A DNA stretch of 64,000 nucleotides from a virus. The translations under genes and the position numbers were made by a program. The notes beneath the pieces are model-generated. The model saw nothing but the letters and a program-made list of their open reading frames with translations, was not told the DNA's origin and did no database searches. The number at the start of each line of letters is the position of its first letter. Within the stretch, counting starts at the first letter, position 1. Below are positions 29,469 through 39,480 of this stretch, piece by piece. The stretch covers positions 1 through 64,000 of the IMG/VR virus record IMGVR_UViG_3300037116_000074; one strand, 5' to 3'.

Positions 29469-31391
29469 CTATGAAGCCGGTTGAGACGATACTACATTTT
29501 GGACACTCACTGTAGTTCCGCCTTGTAGAGTGAATATTAAATACCAGATAGAAGACAAATATGTTGCGGCAACGAATACGCTACAAATATGTTTTGCAAT
29601 AGTTGTAGGAGTGTTGTAACCAGGACTGTTATTAGTTTGGCTAAATTCACACAGAGTTACATATGCATCCAACTGAGTGTTAGAGACTAGTTGCGCTAAG
29701 AATGAATTCAAATTAGATTTGATTGCAGATCTCACTGGATCTACAACTTGTTGTGACTGTAACTTACCAATGAACTGGCCTAAATTAGCACCAACTGATT
29801 GAATTAAGAAATTAGTCATGCGTGAGTATTCTATTGGTGCAGTACCAATATTATTTAAGGATGTATTCACAGCGGTAACAAACCCAAACTGAGGACCAGC
29901 TGGAATAGGATTGCTCACCAATGCGATACCGTTTGTATTAGCTAAACCAATATCGGCATCATCGTAAGGGCCAATATTAGCCAATCTAGATGTAGTGACA
30001 ACTGCCTGTAGCGATTTGTTTAATGGAGATTGTTCTGGGCTTAAAGCAGCAATTAAACCGCCCAAAGGACCAGTCGGAGGAACGTAGCGTAACAACCCAT
30101 TAACTGGATCAAACATTTGAGGCCAGTCTATGAAGCACATCACTTGATAATTATCAATACCGTAACTATTTAAATCAGCTACAGCTGCTGAAACAGTAGT
30201 ATCTATTGGTTCACAAATAGCCATCAGTATGCCATTTTGAGATCCAATCGCTTGAATTGTTGGAGCAACAGTCATATCAGCTAAGCCAACACACCATGCT
30301 TGCTGTACAGATGGAATACATTTTAAGAGAGCGTATAAACCCGATCCTTGAGCACTAGCGCCGCCAGTTGGAGAACCAACTAACATAGCTGAAGTAACTC
30401 CACTACGACCATCAAGGCCGCCGGTTAGTGGTGTTGCAACTTGTAACTGTGGAGCATGAGTTGAACTAGCAGCGACAAAGCGGGCTAATTGCGATGCTGG
30501 GCGGGTTGGACCAGCTCCACCACTTAAAACTGATGTTAAAGCTGCCCAGAAAGCAGAAGTATTTGGCAGTGCTTGATAAAATTCTTGAGACTTGCCGGCC
30601 CATGCGGTTAATAGAACATTCACTAAAGTCGAACTAGTGCCTGGAAGAATCGACATGCGAATTGCATTACCAAGGACGCCCGTATAAAGAGCTGTTAAAG
30701 TACCGCCAATAACGGCTGAAGGAGATGTAATGGTGATAGTTTCAGTATTACTCCCTATGGCATAGGTGATAACAGGAATGATATCTAAATCTGTAGAAGC
30801 TGTAACAGTAATTGTCAAAGATGTTGATGTGGCTTTAATACCAGCAGCGGTTAGTGCGGTATTTGCATTAATAGCATTTTTAAGAGCTACTGTAATCGTT
30901 GATAATGTATCGCCGGATAAAACAGTATAAGGTACAGTAACTGGACTACCAGTTATGGCGCTGTTTGTAAATACTAAATTTATAACATCGGCAGTAGTTT
31001 TACTTCCACCGACTAAAAGAGTTTGTGTATCTGCGGTATTGTCATTCACTACCAGACTGGCAGCATCATCTGTACCATCAGATACACGCACTTCTTGAAT
31101 AGATAAGCCTAGTTGACTAGCTTGTTGTAACGATGTCCATACGTCTGTAGCAGCATCATGAATATCAGTTAATGAAGCGGCACTCACTGGACCAAAGAGA
31201 ACATTTTGTGACGCCATATCACCAATCAGAGTTGCCTTATTTAAAGGACCCCAAGAGGCCGTACCAATCATACCTACCACAGAAGCCGGAGCGCCCGTAA
31301 TGGAGGCTTGCGGAGGCTGAACTACTAAATAAACCGCTGGAACCGTTAAGGCTGATGGGTTAATTTGATCGGGGTTGATAATTATCGGCAA
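29469..31391 (-). CDS. Tail sheath protein
   Basis: VPAVYL, IGTASWGPLN, VRVSDGTD, LTGGLDG, YVPPTG, LSPEQSPLNK; TTG start at 31391 after SD GGGAG. Confidence 0.92.
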   Translation of the reverse strand: MPIIINPDQINPSALTVPAVYLVVQPPQASITGAPASVVGMIGTASWGPLNKATLIGDMASQNVLFGPVSAASLTDIHDAATDVWTSLQQASQLGLSIQEVRVSDGTDDAASLVVNDNTADTQTLLVGGSKTTADVINLVFTNSAITGSPVTVPYTVLSGDTLSTITVALKNAINANTALTAAGIKATSTSLTITVTASTDLDIIPVITYAIGSNTETITITSPSAVIGGTLTALYTGVLGNAIRMSILPGTSSTLVNVLLTAWAGKSQEFYQALPNTSAFWAALTSVLSGGAGPTRPASQLARFVAASSTHAPQLQVATPLTGGLDGRSGVTSAMLVGSPTGGASAQGSGLYALLKCIPSVQQAWCVGLADMTVAPTIQAIGSQNGILMAICEPIDTTVSAAVADLNSYGIDNYQVMCFIDWPQMFDPVNGLLRYVPPTGPLGGLIAALSPEQSPLNKSLQAVVTTSRLANIGPYDDADIGLANTNGIALVSNPIPAGPQFGFVTAVNTSLNNIGTAPIEYSRMTNFLIQSVGANLGQFIGKLQSQQVVDPVRSAIKSNLNSFLAQLVSNTQLDAYVTLCEFSQTNNSPGYNTPTTIAKHICSVFVAATYLSSIWYLIFTLQGGTTVSVQNVVSSQPAS

Positions 31392-31453
31392 GGTAGTACA
31401 CTCCCAGAATGTTAGCAATTGTAACTCTGAGAATATTTTAACCTACTTTAGGG

Positions 31454-31987
31454 TTAATTACACGCTTTTAATATAAATCGGGCCGCAAACTCTCCATCAG
31501 TCATATCTGCCTTGGCTTTATTGTATGTTCTAGATGTCCACTGAAGATTTTCTAAACGAAAGATTAATTCTGGGGCGCGAATTTTCGGTATTTTATGATC
31601 TAAATCGACATTTTCTCCGGGAATCAATCGTTCGTTAGTATATGGACATCTAGGGGTGATGATTAATTGATTATATAAACCTTCTACTAAATATTCAATT
31701 TCATCGGCGGTAATCGGAGTATGATAGCGTTTTTTAGTAGCCCGAACCATCGCCTTCACAATATAATCAACCCAGCACTCAATACAGTAATCTTTTTTTC
31801 CAGCTTGAATCGTCGCTTGCTTTGGACAATAACGACATTTATTGATTAATTTCCATTTTGCATATAAGTTTTGCTTATATTTTTTTTGACATTGCTTACA
31901 TTGATGATCGCGCCCATCTGCTCTTGTTGATAAAGAAAAAAACATCGTAAAAGGCAAGTATTTATAACATGTATTGCATTGCTTCAT
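31454..31987 (-). CDS. HNH endonuclease (paralog family A)
   Basis: N-terminal CxxC pairs; CPYT..LIPGENVDLDHKIP...NLQWTS..YN..K.DMT. Confidence 0.85.
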   Translation of the reverse strand: MKQCNTCYKYLPFTMFFSLSTRADGRDHQCKQCQKKYKQNLYAKWKLINKCRYCPKQATIQAGKKDYCIECWVDYIVKAMVRATKKRYHTPITADEIEYLVEGLYNQLIITPRCPYTNERLIPGENVDLDHKIPKIRAPELIFRLENLQWTSRTYNKAKADMTDGEFAARFILKACN

Positions 31988-32083
31988 GTTAAGCATTATA
32001 TCAGGATCGGAAAGTGTTGACCCTTAGATGTCTTTAACCGAAATATTTTTCATGTATAATACAAAATAATCGAATTAGATACC

Positions 32084-32323
32084 GTGGAGGGTATAATGGC
32101 AGACGAATTAGAACCAAAACTAAATGTTGTGAATTTATCGGGAGAACTTGGTAAGTTAATGGCTTTGGTAGAAAAATTTAGCGATCCAGCAACCCTGGCT
32201 CAGCTTGAATCTGAAGGCAAATTAGCCTTAGATGATGCACAAAAGCTCATGGCAGATGCTCAACAAGCGTCCATAGACCTTAATGCCGCTTTGGCAGCAC
32301 TACGATTAGTAGCAGGTATATAA
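32084..32323 (+). CDS. Hypothetical helical protein
   Basis: SD GGAGG; likely start at MADELE. Confidence 0.55.
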   Translation: MEGIMADELEPKLNVVNLSGELGKLMALVEKFSDPATLAQLESEGKLALDDAQKLMADAQQASIDLNAALAALRLVAGI

Positions 32324-32412
32324 GATGCAAATGCTTTTACTGGACGCACTAGTAGCTGTATGTATGTTTAGCATGGGATTTCTTTTAACCCACATGGCTA
32401 TGCATAAATAAT

Positions 32413-32634
32413 ATGGTTGCCAACTTCATAGCCATTATTGCAATATTGACACTAGCGATATTAATCTTAAGTGTCACTATATTGCCATATTTTGCTGCGA
32501 TGCATCAAGTCACTTATATAGTAAATGACACACTGTTAACCGGTTGTATTGCATCACTAACAGGTATTATCAGCGCTATGGCCGTCAAGAAGATAACGCA
32601 ATGCCCCACTGAACCACCGAAAGATAATCATTAA
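32413..32634 (+). CDS. Two-TM protein, holin candidate
   Basis: Two hydrophobic segments and a charged C-terminus. Confidence 0.45.
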   Translation: MVANFIAIIAILTLAILILSVTILPYFAAMHQVTYIVNDTLLTGCIASLTGIISAMAVKKITQCPTEPPKDNH

Positions 32635-33122
32635 GGGTGCCAGTCGGGACCAAAAGAAGCAATCGGGTGACGAAAACATATAAATGTTTGCTGCCCGAAT
32701 TGGGTGAAAAATGTACACTTAACAGGCGTATGAACATTGCCAATATTGTGATGAATATGCATCGCATAATTAGGTTCTAGACCATCCATAGCCACAAAGC
32801 AATCGCCTAACTGAATACGCCCATTAAGATCACAATTAGGGTCTATATAGTACACAATTCCATTATTTAAGTGATAGCAAAAGCCTAAAGCAGATTTAAT
32901 ACGTTGAACTGAAGGCAATCGTAATTGTACCTTGGTAGGTTCTTCGGTTGGGATTTGCACTCTCATGTCCTGCCGAATGACCGGTTGTGCTACATCCTGA
33001 GATACTTGTCCCGTATAGGTTTGCGTGTTTACTTGCAGCGCAAAAAGTCCACCAAAAAGTCCACTGATGAATCTCATATTGGCCTCCATACGTTTAATCG
33101 CTTCTGATAACAGGCAGGGCAT
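32631..33122 (-). CDS. PDZ-like protein with hydrophobic N-terminus
   Basis: ALGFCY...IVYYIDPN..L..RIQLGDCFVAMDG...GNVHTPV; likely start MRFISGLFGGLFAL. Confidence 0.55.
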   Translation of the reverse strand: MPCLLSEAIKRMEANMRFISGLFGGLFALQVNTQTYTGQVSQDVAQPVIRQDMRVQIPTEEPTKVQLRLPSVQRIKSALGFCYHLNNGIVYYIDPNCDLNGRIQLGDCFVAMDGLEPNYAMHIHHNIGNVHTPVKCTFFTQFGQQTFICFRHPIASFGPDWHP

Positions 33123-33493
33123 TCAGAGTTTGGGGTACAAACTAGGCATTCCGGTCGATACTCCTGAGATCTAGGCTCAACCAAATCGCAATTATCGAAA
33201 CTAGCTAAGAAGCAAGCCTCTAGGTGTATATGACAACATTTTTTTACTGTTTCTATGTCTAGATTGGGATAGTCAATCTGACGACCACTACGTTCGAATA
33301 ACCATTTTAAACAAGCCCATTCCCGCCACTTGTTTCGGGCTTTCGTCAGCCAATAATGACGTATGCCTACTTCGGGAGTTGCATGAATCTTCAATGAACG
33401 TAACTCTTCAATTACATGTAAGCGTTCACTTTGATAGTGCTCTTCGATTACTGATTCATCAATATAGTCTACGAATTCAAATTCTTCATTCAT
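33074..33493 (-). CDS. Hypothetical Cys-rich protein
   Basis: SD GAGG; C-terminal CLVC...CPAC. Confidence 0.5.
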   Translation of the reverse strand: MNEEFEFVDYIDESVIEEHYQSERLHVIEELRSLKIHATPEVGIRHYWLTKARNKWREWACLKWLFERSGRQIDYPNLDIETVKKCCHIHLEACFLASFDNCDLVEPRSQEYRPECLVCTPNSECPACYQKRLNVWRPI

Positions 33494-33579
33494 TGTCTGT
33501 ACCTCTGTCTCAGTTATGACAGAAGGATAATATTACGTCGATGTTATTACGTAACAATGTAATATAACTTAATAATAAA

Positions 33580-33648
33580 GGGCTCTGGGCCGTGATTAAG
33601 CGTAAAGCGGGTTCAACGACATACCTGAACAAATCCTTACCAGGGCTT
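33580..33648 (+). ncRNA. Candidate small structured RNA (three-way junction)
   Basis: Closing stem GGGCTCTGG/CCAGGGCTT, inner stems CCGT/GCGG and GTTCA/TGAAC in an AT-rich intergenic gap. Confidence 0.35.
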
Positions 33649-33670
33649 CGGATTATAGGTGAATTATATA

Positions 33671-34570
33671 CTAATCTGTAGGTACTGGTGAAGCAAACCC
33701 TTGAGGGATCGTTTCTATTAAGAATCCTGGGATTGTATTTAAAACTGGATAAGATATTTGTAACATGAAGTCGTACCTATATATATCCTGTAACTGAGAA
33801 TCCTTCCAAATATGAAAATCGGTCATCGTCACCCGGCAAGCGGAATTGTCAGCCGCCAAGAACCCATAGTTCACTTCCATTTGCGCAAATAATTGCTCCA
33901 ATATATTGCCGTATTTCGAACGATCTGCTGGAGTTCTAGACCAAACCGTTACTTGGATATCTCTATCCCAACGGAAGCCTTCTTGAGTGAAGCTACCGAC
34001 ATTAACTACTTCGGACCAAACATCATAGCTAGCTGGGTTGCTATTAGTTACTGTAATGACATTACCAGTTCTACTGGCTACTATACCAGTCAGTAAGTTA
34101 ATTTGAGTTACCATACCGTCTAATGCATTAACCAATGTGTCTGTAACTAAGGCTGTATAGTTGGCAAAAAGTTGAAACTGATCGTCAGTACCAGCGGCTA
34201 ATGTTAAACAGAAAGCATCATTCACTAATGGCACTCCGCTTCCAGTTAAAGTGATAGTTTCACCGGCTGGTAAAAATGGTGTATTGAGTGTAAGAATAGC
34301 TCCTGGAGTTCCCAAGGTAGGTGGGAGTGCATAGAAGATAGGAATGGCGGTGGTGTTATTGCGTTCACCACCCTTATCAAATATTGAGATAATTGTTGGT
34401 ATCGCTCCTGAAGCTACCCCTGCTAAACTTTGTACGGGCGGCCAATCAGTTGCAAGTAATGGGAGTGGAAAAATGGCCGTTACTTGATTCGGTAATAATA
34501 AATTAGTTCCCTGAAATGCAGTTAAGATTTGTTGCTGTAATGCAGCCCATATCATATCAGTCGTTGCCAA
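33671..34570 (-). CDS. Tail terminator/neck protein with inserted domain
   Basis: Between the head-tail adaptors and the sheath; IQVTVWSRTPADR, IYRYDF. Confidence 0.65.
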   Translation of the reverse strand: MATTDMIWAALQQQILTAFQGTNLLLPNQVTAIFPLPLLATDWPPVQSLAGVASGAIPTIISIFDKGGERNNTTAIPIFYALPPTLGTPGAILTLNTPFLPAGETITLTGSGVPLVNDAFCLTLAAGTDDQFQLFANYTALVTDTLVNALDGMVTQINLLTGIVASRTGNVITVTNSNPASYDVWSEVVNVGSFTQEGFRWDRDIQVTVWSRTPADRSKYGNILEQLFAQMEVNYGFLAADNSACRVTMTDFHIWKDSQLQDIYRYDFMLQISYPVLNTIPGFLIETIPQGFASPVPTD

Positions 34571-34601
34571 AATTTACTCCTTATGTGTTATACTTTTTAA
34601 G

Positions 34602-35216
34602 ATGCTATCAAAAATCAAACAATGCTCCATATGTAAAATAGAAAAATCATTAGATTGTTTTCATAGTGTACCACGGGGTAAATATGGAAAATCTAGTAGA
34701 TGTAAAGTTTGCTGTAGTCAAACACAAGCGCAGGCTAGGTTGCAAAATCCTAAAAGATATCAGCAACAACTAGCAGCGTTAAACATAATACGGGATAAAT
34801 ATAAGGAAAAGAATTTATGTCGTTCATGCGGCGCTCCGACATTGCCAAATAAATCAAAATGTTTTTTCCATTGCGTAGGACAACGACTACGTTTTGCGGG
34901 ACGACATCTGAAATTACATAAAGAAATCTATATAAAAAATCTTACACAACCGGTATGTGATATGTTGACTAATAATCCTATTTGTCCGTACACTAAGCAA
35001 CCGCTGATTATAGGCGTTAATGCTCAGTTGGACCATAAACAACCAGTCAAGCACTATCCTGAGAAGGCCTTAGATCTAGATAATCTCCAGTGGGTATCCG
35101 AAGAATATAATGAACATAAGCTAGATATGACTGATGAACAATATTTGGAACACTGTAAAACTATCATTAAATCTTACGGATATATAATTACTGGCCCGAA
35201 CCCGTCAGATGTTTAG
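34602..35216 (+). CDS. HNH endonuclease (paralog family A)
   Basis: CPYTKQPLIIG.NAQLDHKQP...NLQWVSEEYN.HK.DMT. Confidence 0.85.
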   Translation: MLSKIKQCSICKIEKSLDCFHSVPRGKYGKSSRCKVCCSQTQAQARLQNPKRYQQQLAALNIIRDKYKEKNLCRSCGAPTLPNKSKCFFHCVGQRLRFAGRHLKLHKEIYIKNLTQPVCDMLTNNPICPYTKQPLIIGVNAQLDHKQPVKHYPEKALDLDNLQWVSEEYNEHKLDMTDEQYLEHCKTIIKSYGYIITGPNPSDV

Positions 35217-35991
35217 AGCATACGAATACATTCCCACTTGCACCCGAAGTCTGATGATAATTACTATCAATTCTATAACGGGACCCATCGCTAAAAACTA
35301 GCATATCGGCTGCTTTCGCTTGATAGCCATTTAATGGAGGTAGGTACACAAGCCGTTTTTCCACTGGTGGCATATTTGCTGTCGGCTGATTATAAATTTC
35401 GCCGCCATAAGATCGACGTGACATTACTCCAATAGGAATTAAAGCCGCTTCCTGCCCTGCATTTAATGGAATAAAATTTCCGTTCTGTAAAATAATAGGC
35501 ATCATATTAGGTAAAGTAGAGTCGTACAAATTTTGCTGCGGTATCAATCCTGATTGAGTTGTGGGATAAATATTCGGTGTATATAGTTGGGCTGTTGTAT
35601 TGATTCGTCCAAAAATTGGCTGCATCGTTGGCATATTCTCAGCTAAGCACATACCTACAAATTCAGTCGTTGGATATGGCGCTGTTACATCGCCGCGGTT
35701 GAATACTTTATCGTTGCTAACAAAAATATCGCCCACTTGAAATGGCAAACAATTACCTATAATTTCATACCAGAAACTCTGGAGTGCTTTATCGCCTTCG
35801 AATCCAGGATTAGAGCCTTTCATTGGGCGGCGGTCCATTAGAACATTGGTGCGGATTAGGTTTTGTGGTTGGATTACGTCACCACTTGAATTAGGTTGGA
35901 CTCTGTAGACCAACCAGGGAATACCCGTAACTTGTGCTAAAACATTATAGGCGTTCTGAAGAATACGATTTATGCTAATGTAATTAGCCAT
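35188..35991 (-). CDS. Head closure/neck protein
   Basis: Position in the neck module; DMLVFSDGSRYRI. Confidence 0.55.
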   Translation of the reverse strand: MANYISINRILQNAYNVLAQVTGIPWLVYRVQPNSSGDVIQPQNLIRTNVLMDRRPMKGSNPGFEGDKALQSFWYEIIGNCLPFQVGDIFVSNDKVFNRGDVTAPYPTTEFVGMCLAENMPTMQPIFGRINTTAQLYTPNIYPTTQSGLIPQQNLYDSTLPNMMPIILQNGNFIPLNAGQEAALIPIGVMSRRSYGGEIYNQPTANMPPVEKRLVYLPPLNGYQAKAADMLVFSDGSRYRIDSNYHQTSGASGNVFVCSKHLTGSGQ

Positions 35992-36860
35992 TAAACTATA
36001 CTCCAGTTACCTATAGTCATTGAGTTGGTAATAGCCCCATTATCAGGGTTCTTCATAATGCCTAAATAGACAGCCATACGATTGCAATACATCTTGAACA
36101 ATTTTTGCCTATCTTTCATTTCGGATACCCGCAATGTAGCATTGTTGCCTTTATAGACTGCTAAATTATCAGAAACCGATCCAACCATTTGGTCCTCTAG
36201 ATAATTGCATATAGGTAAATAGCCCCACACTACTGTAGGCGGATACGTAAGATTGCTAGTTAAAGATGGGTTTAGCGGAATACCTTGTTGAACAATCTGG
36301 GGAATGGTTTGACCAGAGCCAGTAACTGTAATTGTAAAAGCTTGTCCTGGAAATGGTGCCATAAAAGAAACAATTGGAAACGTAACTAATTGAGATGCAT
36401 TATTAGGTTGACCATTTGGACCGCTTCCAAAATCGTTAACAGCAATCATACCGGCACTACTGAATACACCATTCTGTGCAAATTGATTAGCAACTTTGCC
36501 GCAGATAGTTAAAAAGGTATCGCCATCCACTACAGTATAAGTTTCCGTCACAGGACTGGCTGACAAGATAGCCGATGCGATTGAAACTGTAAAAGTTGAG
36601 CCTGGGAAAACAGGAATTAAAGACATTACTGGGTTACCTTGAGAGAAGCCAATGGCTCCATAAGGCTTACCTGTTAAACGTGCTTCTTCATTGGGTTGAA
36701 GATTATTCATCTTGTATTCCAACTGCCCATAAGCATTAAAAAATCTAAATCCAGTATTGACGGGTGCTAGGGAACCGCCGACGGGGGACTGACGCCAAAG
36801 TCCGATCACAGAGTAATCTAGGAAGCGTCGTACATCGGATTTCTCTTGCTCTAATAGCAT
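35991..36860 (-). CDS. Head-tail adaptor protein with inserted domain
   Basis: EKSDVRRFLDY...GQLEYKMNNL; EMKDRQKLF...RMAVYLG. Confidence 0.65.
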   Translation of the reverse strand: MLLEQEKSDVRRFLDYSVIGLWRQSPVGGSLAPVNTGFRFFNAYGQLEYKMNNLQPNEEARLTGKPYGAIGFSQGNPVMSLIPVFPGSTFTVSIASAILSASPVTETYTVVDGDTFLTICGKVANQFAQNGVFSSAGMIAVNDFGSGPNGQPNNASQLVTFPIVSFMAPFPGQAFTITVTGSGQTIPQIVQQGIPLNPSLTSNLTYPPTVVWGYLPICNYLEDQMVGSVSDNLAVYKGNNATLRVSEMKDRQKLFKMYCNRMAVYLGIMKNPDNGAITNSMTIGNWSIV

Positions 36861-36936
36861 TAATTAATACTCCACACTTGTTGTATGAATATATTTTAAG
36901 CTATATACCAGTATTCCACTATGGTAATATGGACAT

Positions 36937-37515
36937 ATGATAAAAAAATACTGTATCAAATGCCAAGAAATGAGTGTAATTGAAAATTTCAGTAAAGACG
37001 TCCGTATGCAAGATGGCTTCTGTACTTATTGTCGAACTTGTAGACAAAAAGATCGCAAACAAGCCAGTTGGCGATACGCTGCAATGAATTTAAGACGTAA
37101 GCGGCAAAAGCAGGGCTTATGCCAACTTTGCTGTCAACCTACTGTTTCAGGTATAGTCATGTGTATTTATCATGCAATTTATAGAATTTTATACAAACAA
37201 GCTAAAACAAGGAAGCAGGTCAATTGGATGGACATGCCAATCCAAGATCGAAAATGTATGCTTGAACAATTAACACAAATGGCACAAGATACCTCCGTCT
37301 GTCCCTATACACAGCAACCTTTAATTTTCGGACAAAATATGCACTTGGACCATAAAACACCAGTGAGCCGCGATATAACTCAAATCTATACTTTAGATAA
37401 TCTGCAATGGGTTTCAGCTGAATACAACAGGCACAAACATGACAAAACAGACGCCGAATTCTTAGAATTCTGTAAGTTGATCGTCACCAATGCTGGCTAT
37501 ACAATTACTGGATGA
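36937..37515 (+). CDS. HNH endonuclease (paralog family A)
   Basis: CPYTQQPLIFGQNMHLDHKTP...NLQWVSAEYNRHK. Confidence 0.85.
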   Translation: MIKKYCIKCQEMSVIENFSKDVRMQDGFCTYCRTCRQKDRKQASWRYAAMNLRRKRQKQGLCQLCCQPTVSGIVMCIYHAIYRILYKQAKTRKQVNWMDMPIQDRKCMLEQLTQMAQDTSVCPYTQQPLIFGQNMHLDHKTPVSRDITQIYTLDNLQWVSAEYNRHKHDKTDAEFLEFCKLIVTNAGYTITG

Positions 37516-38003
37516 AACGCTGCTGCCGCTGTATGGACAGTAAACCATCGATTAAATTTAATAAAGATCGCCATGCAAAGGATGGATTAGATCACTATTG
37601 CCGACAATGTAATAGTGAACGACTTCAAGAGTATAGAAGTAAGACACAGAACTATGCAGATGAACCGATCGCCATGCAGTCTTACATCAGGGAAATACTA
37701 AGAACATGGATACAGGACCATAAAATCTTTATTCCAATAAAGAAACGAATTCGGCTATCGAAACAACTGTATAAGAAGCTCATAGAGAACCCTAGATGCC
37801 CTTATACACTAGAAAAATTGATTCCACGGGTGAATCTAAGTCTTGACCATATAAAGCCCATTAGCAGAGGCGGTAAGCATAGTATAAACAACTTGGAATG
37901 GATCTCCAGGCGGGCGAATCAAACTAAATGCGATATGACGCCAGATGAATTTTATAAGTTCTGCGAACTGGTCTTACATAACCGCACAGCCGGAAGCGAC
38001 TAA
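37512..38003 (+). CDS. HNH endonuclease (paralog family A)
   Basis: CPYTLEKLIPRVNLSLDHIKPISRGG...NLEWISRRANQTK.DMT. Confidence 0.88.
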   Translation: MKRCCRCMDSKPSIKFNKDRHAKDGLDHYCRQCNSERLQEYRSKTQNYADEPIAMQSYIREILRTWIQDHKIFIPIKKRIRLSKQLYKKLIENPRCPYTLEKLIPRVNLSLDHIKPISRGGKHSINNLEWISRRANQTKCDMTPDEFYKFCELVLHNRTAGSD

Positions 38004-38579
38004 ATTCGCTACCGTAGTACTATCAAGTAATACTGGTTGGCCTTGGCGTAAATTAAGGATATTCAAGCCTACGGAGGCTGAGAAATTAGATAATGGAATC
38101 ATCATTCCGCTACCACCGGTTAAATCACCAGAGGATGGAGTGAATACTTCACTGCCTGGAGAAACTGAAGTCGTAACGGAAGCAGAGTTACCAACTTCTC
38201 CTGGGACATTAAGAGTTAAAACACCATCTAAAGATGTTGCATAAATACCATAAGCTTGAGCAACTAGATTACTATTGACTAATGCGGCTAAGTTTTCGGC
38301 TAATGTAGCAAGTGTATCAGCACCATTGGTTGTGTAGGAAAAGGTTAATGACCCATCTGGCAAATTGTTGTTAGATAGAACTACATTCAAAACATCATCA
38401 TCTGCAACTGAGCTAGATAGAGTTAACGCCAAGCTAGCAGCAACGCGAACGTTAGCAGCTAAAAGTTGGCTGGGCGACAAGGATGTCACTACGGGACCTA
38501 GAACGCTAGGTTGATTGAAATTAGGTAATAGTGTTGGATTTTGGGCTGGATTAACCAATCCGTTAAAAGCTTCGCTCAT
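37974..38579 (-). CDS. Probable virion protein built around the shared inserted domain
   Basis: YTTNGADTLATLAENLAALVN...GIYATS motif, also present in the sheath and neck proteins. Confidence 0.55.
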   Translation of the reverse strand: MSEAFNGLVNPAQNPTLLPNFNQPSVLGPVVTSLSPSQLLAANVRVAASLALTLSSSVADDDVLNVVLSNNNLPDGSLTFSYTTNGADTLATLAENLAALVNSNLVAQAYGIYATSLDGVLTLNVPGEVGNSASVTTSVSPGSEVFTPSSGDLTGGSGMMIPLSNFSASVGLNILNLRQGQPVLLDSTTVANLVASGCAVM

Positions 38580-38791
38580 TATTCACTTACCTTTGTTAAT
38601 ATACCGGGACCTGGATTAAGTTCGAATGCAACGCTGTCTTGTAAACGTCGCGCATATCGCGTTGGAAAATCGCCTTTAAATGGAGATTCACCGAAAGCTT
38701 GTTCAATAGTAGAGCTACCCATAACCGTTTCGGGCATATTGGTTTTCAACTTACCTTGAACATGTATTACTTTTCCTGGTTTAGCTGACAT
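38579..38791 (-). CDS. Hypothetical protein
   Basis: SD GGAGG; lies in the capsid operon. Confidence 0.55.
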   Translation of the reverse strand: MSAKPGKVIHVQGKLKTNMPETVMGSSTIEQAFGESPFKGDFPTRYARRLQDSVAFELNPGPGILTKVSE

Positions 38792-38800
38792 AGCAACCTC

Positions 38801-39223
38801 CTAGAGAGAGCCAGCCGAAGCTACCCAGTTGGAACCATTACTAACTAATGAAAGACTAGTCGCAGGAGCAGTAAGCTTATATGAAGAATTGAACGAACTA
38901 GCAGAAAGAGTATTGATTGTTTGAGCAGTAGCGCTACCAAATGGAGCTACAGTTGCTAATGATACAGTATGGCTAGAACCCGTTTTAACCATCATAACTT
39001 TGAGTCCTTTACCGGCTGCTACTTGAGTAGCATCAGGAAGAGTCACAGTTATACTGGCAGCAGTTGCATCACAAACTAAGGTAGTTAATGGTGCAGCTAA
39101 AACAGCAGTAGCAGATACATTAACTAAAACGGAACCAGGCACATCACTAGGAGCCAAAGATTGAGCAAAGGCAGGTATGGATAAAGTTAAACTAGCTAAT
39201 AGAGAAAGTATTAACCGATTCAT
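38801..39223 (-). CDS. Signal-peptide protein consisting of one fibre-type module
   Basis: MNRLILSLLASLTLSIPAFA|QSLAPSDVP; CDAT..ITVTLPDA...LVSNGSNW; start 39223 after SD AGGAG. Confidence 0.7.
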   Translation of the reverse strand: MNRLILSLLASLTLSIPAFAQSLAPSDVPGSVLVNVSATAVLAAPLTTLVCDATAASITVTLPDATQVAAGKGLKVMMVKTGSSHTVSLATVAPFGSATAQTINTLSASSFNSSYKLTAPATSLSLVSNGSNWVASAGSL

Positions 39224-39224
39224 A

Positions 39225-39464
39225 TTATTCATCTCCTGAAACATGATCTAGACCGCCATTATCGACAGAATTGCCGAAAATAGAATCCATTTCTTTAGCA
39301 CATGGACGGAACGAACCTTCTTTCACTTCGCCTACGGCTGGTTGGATTTTGCCTTCACCAGGCAATCTCATATCAGCTGGAGACATTGGACGTTGGCGTC
39401 CAACACTATGGCCTTTCTTGGACATGTTTTGTGTATTTACGATTTGAGCTTTAGCGTCAGACAT
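39225..39464 (-). CDS. Hypothetical protein
   Basis: SD GGAGG; directly after the major capsid gene. Confidence 0.55.
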   Translation of the reverse strand: MSDAKAQIVNTQNMSKKGHSVGRQRPMSPADMRLPGEGKIQPAVGEVKEGSFRPCAKEMDSIFGNSVDNGGLDHVSGDE

Positions 39465-39480
39465 ATTTCCCTCCCAGGGT

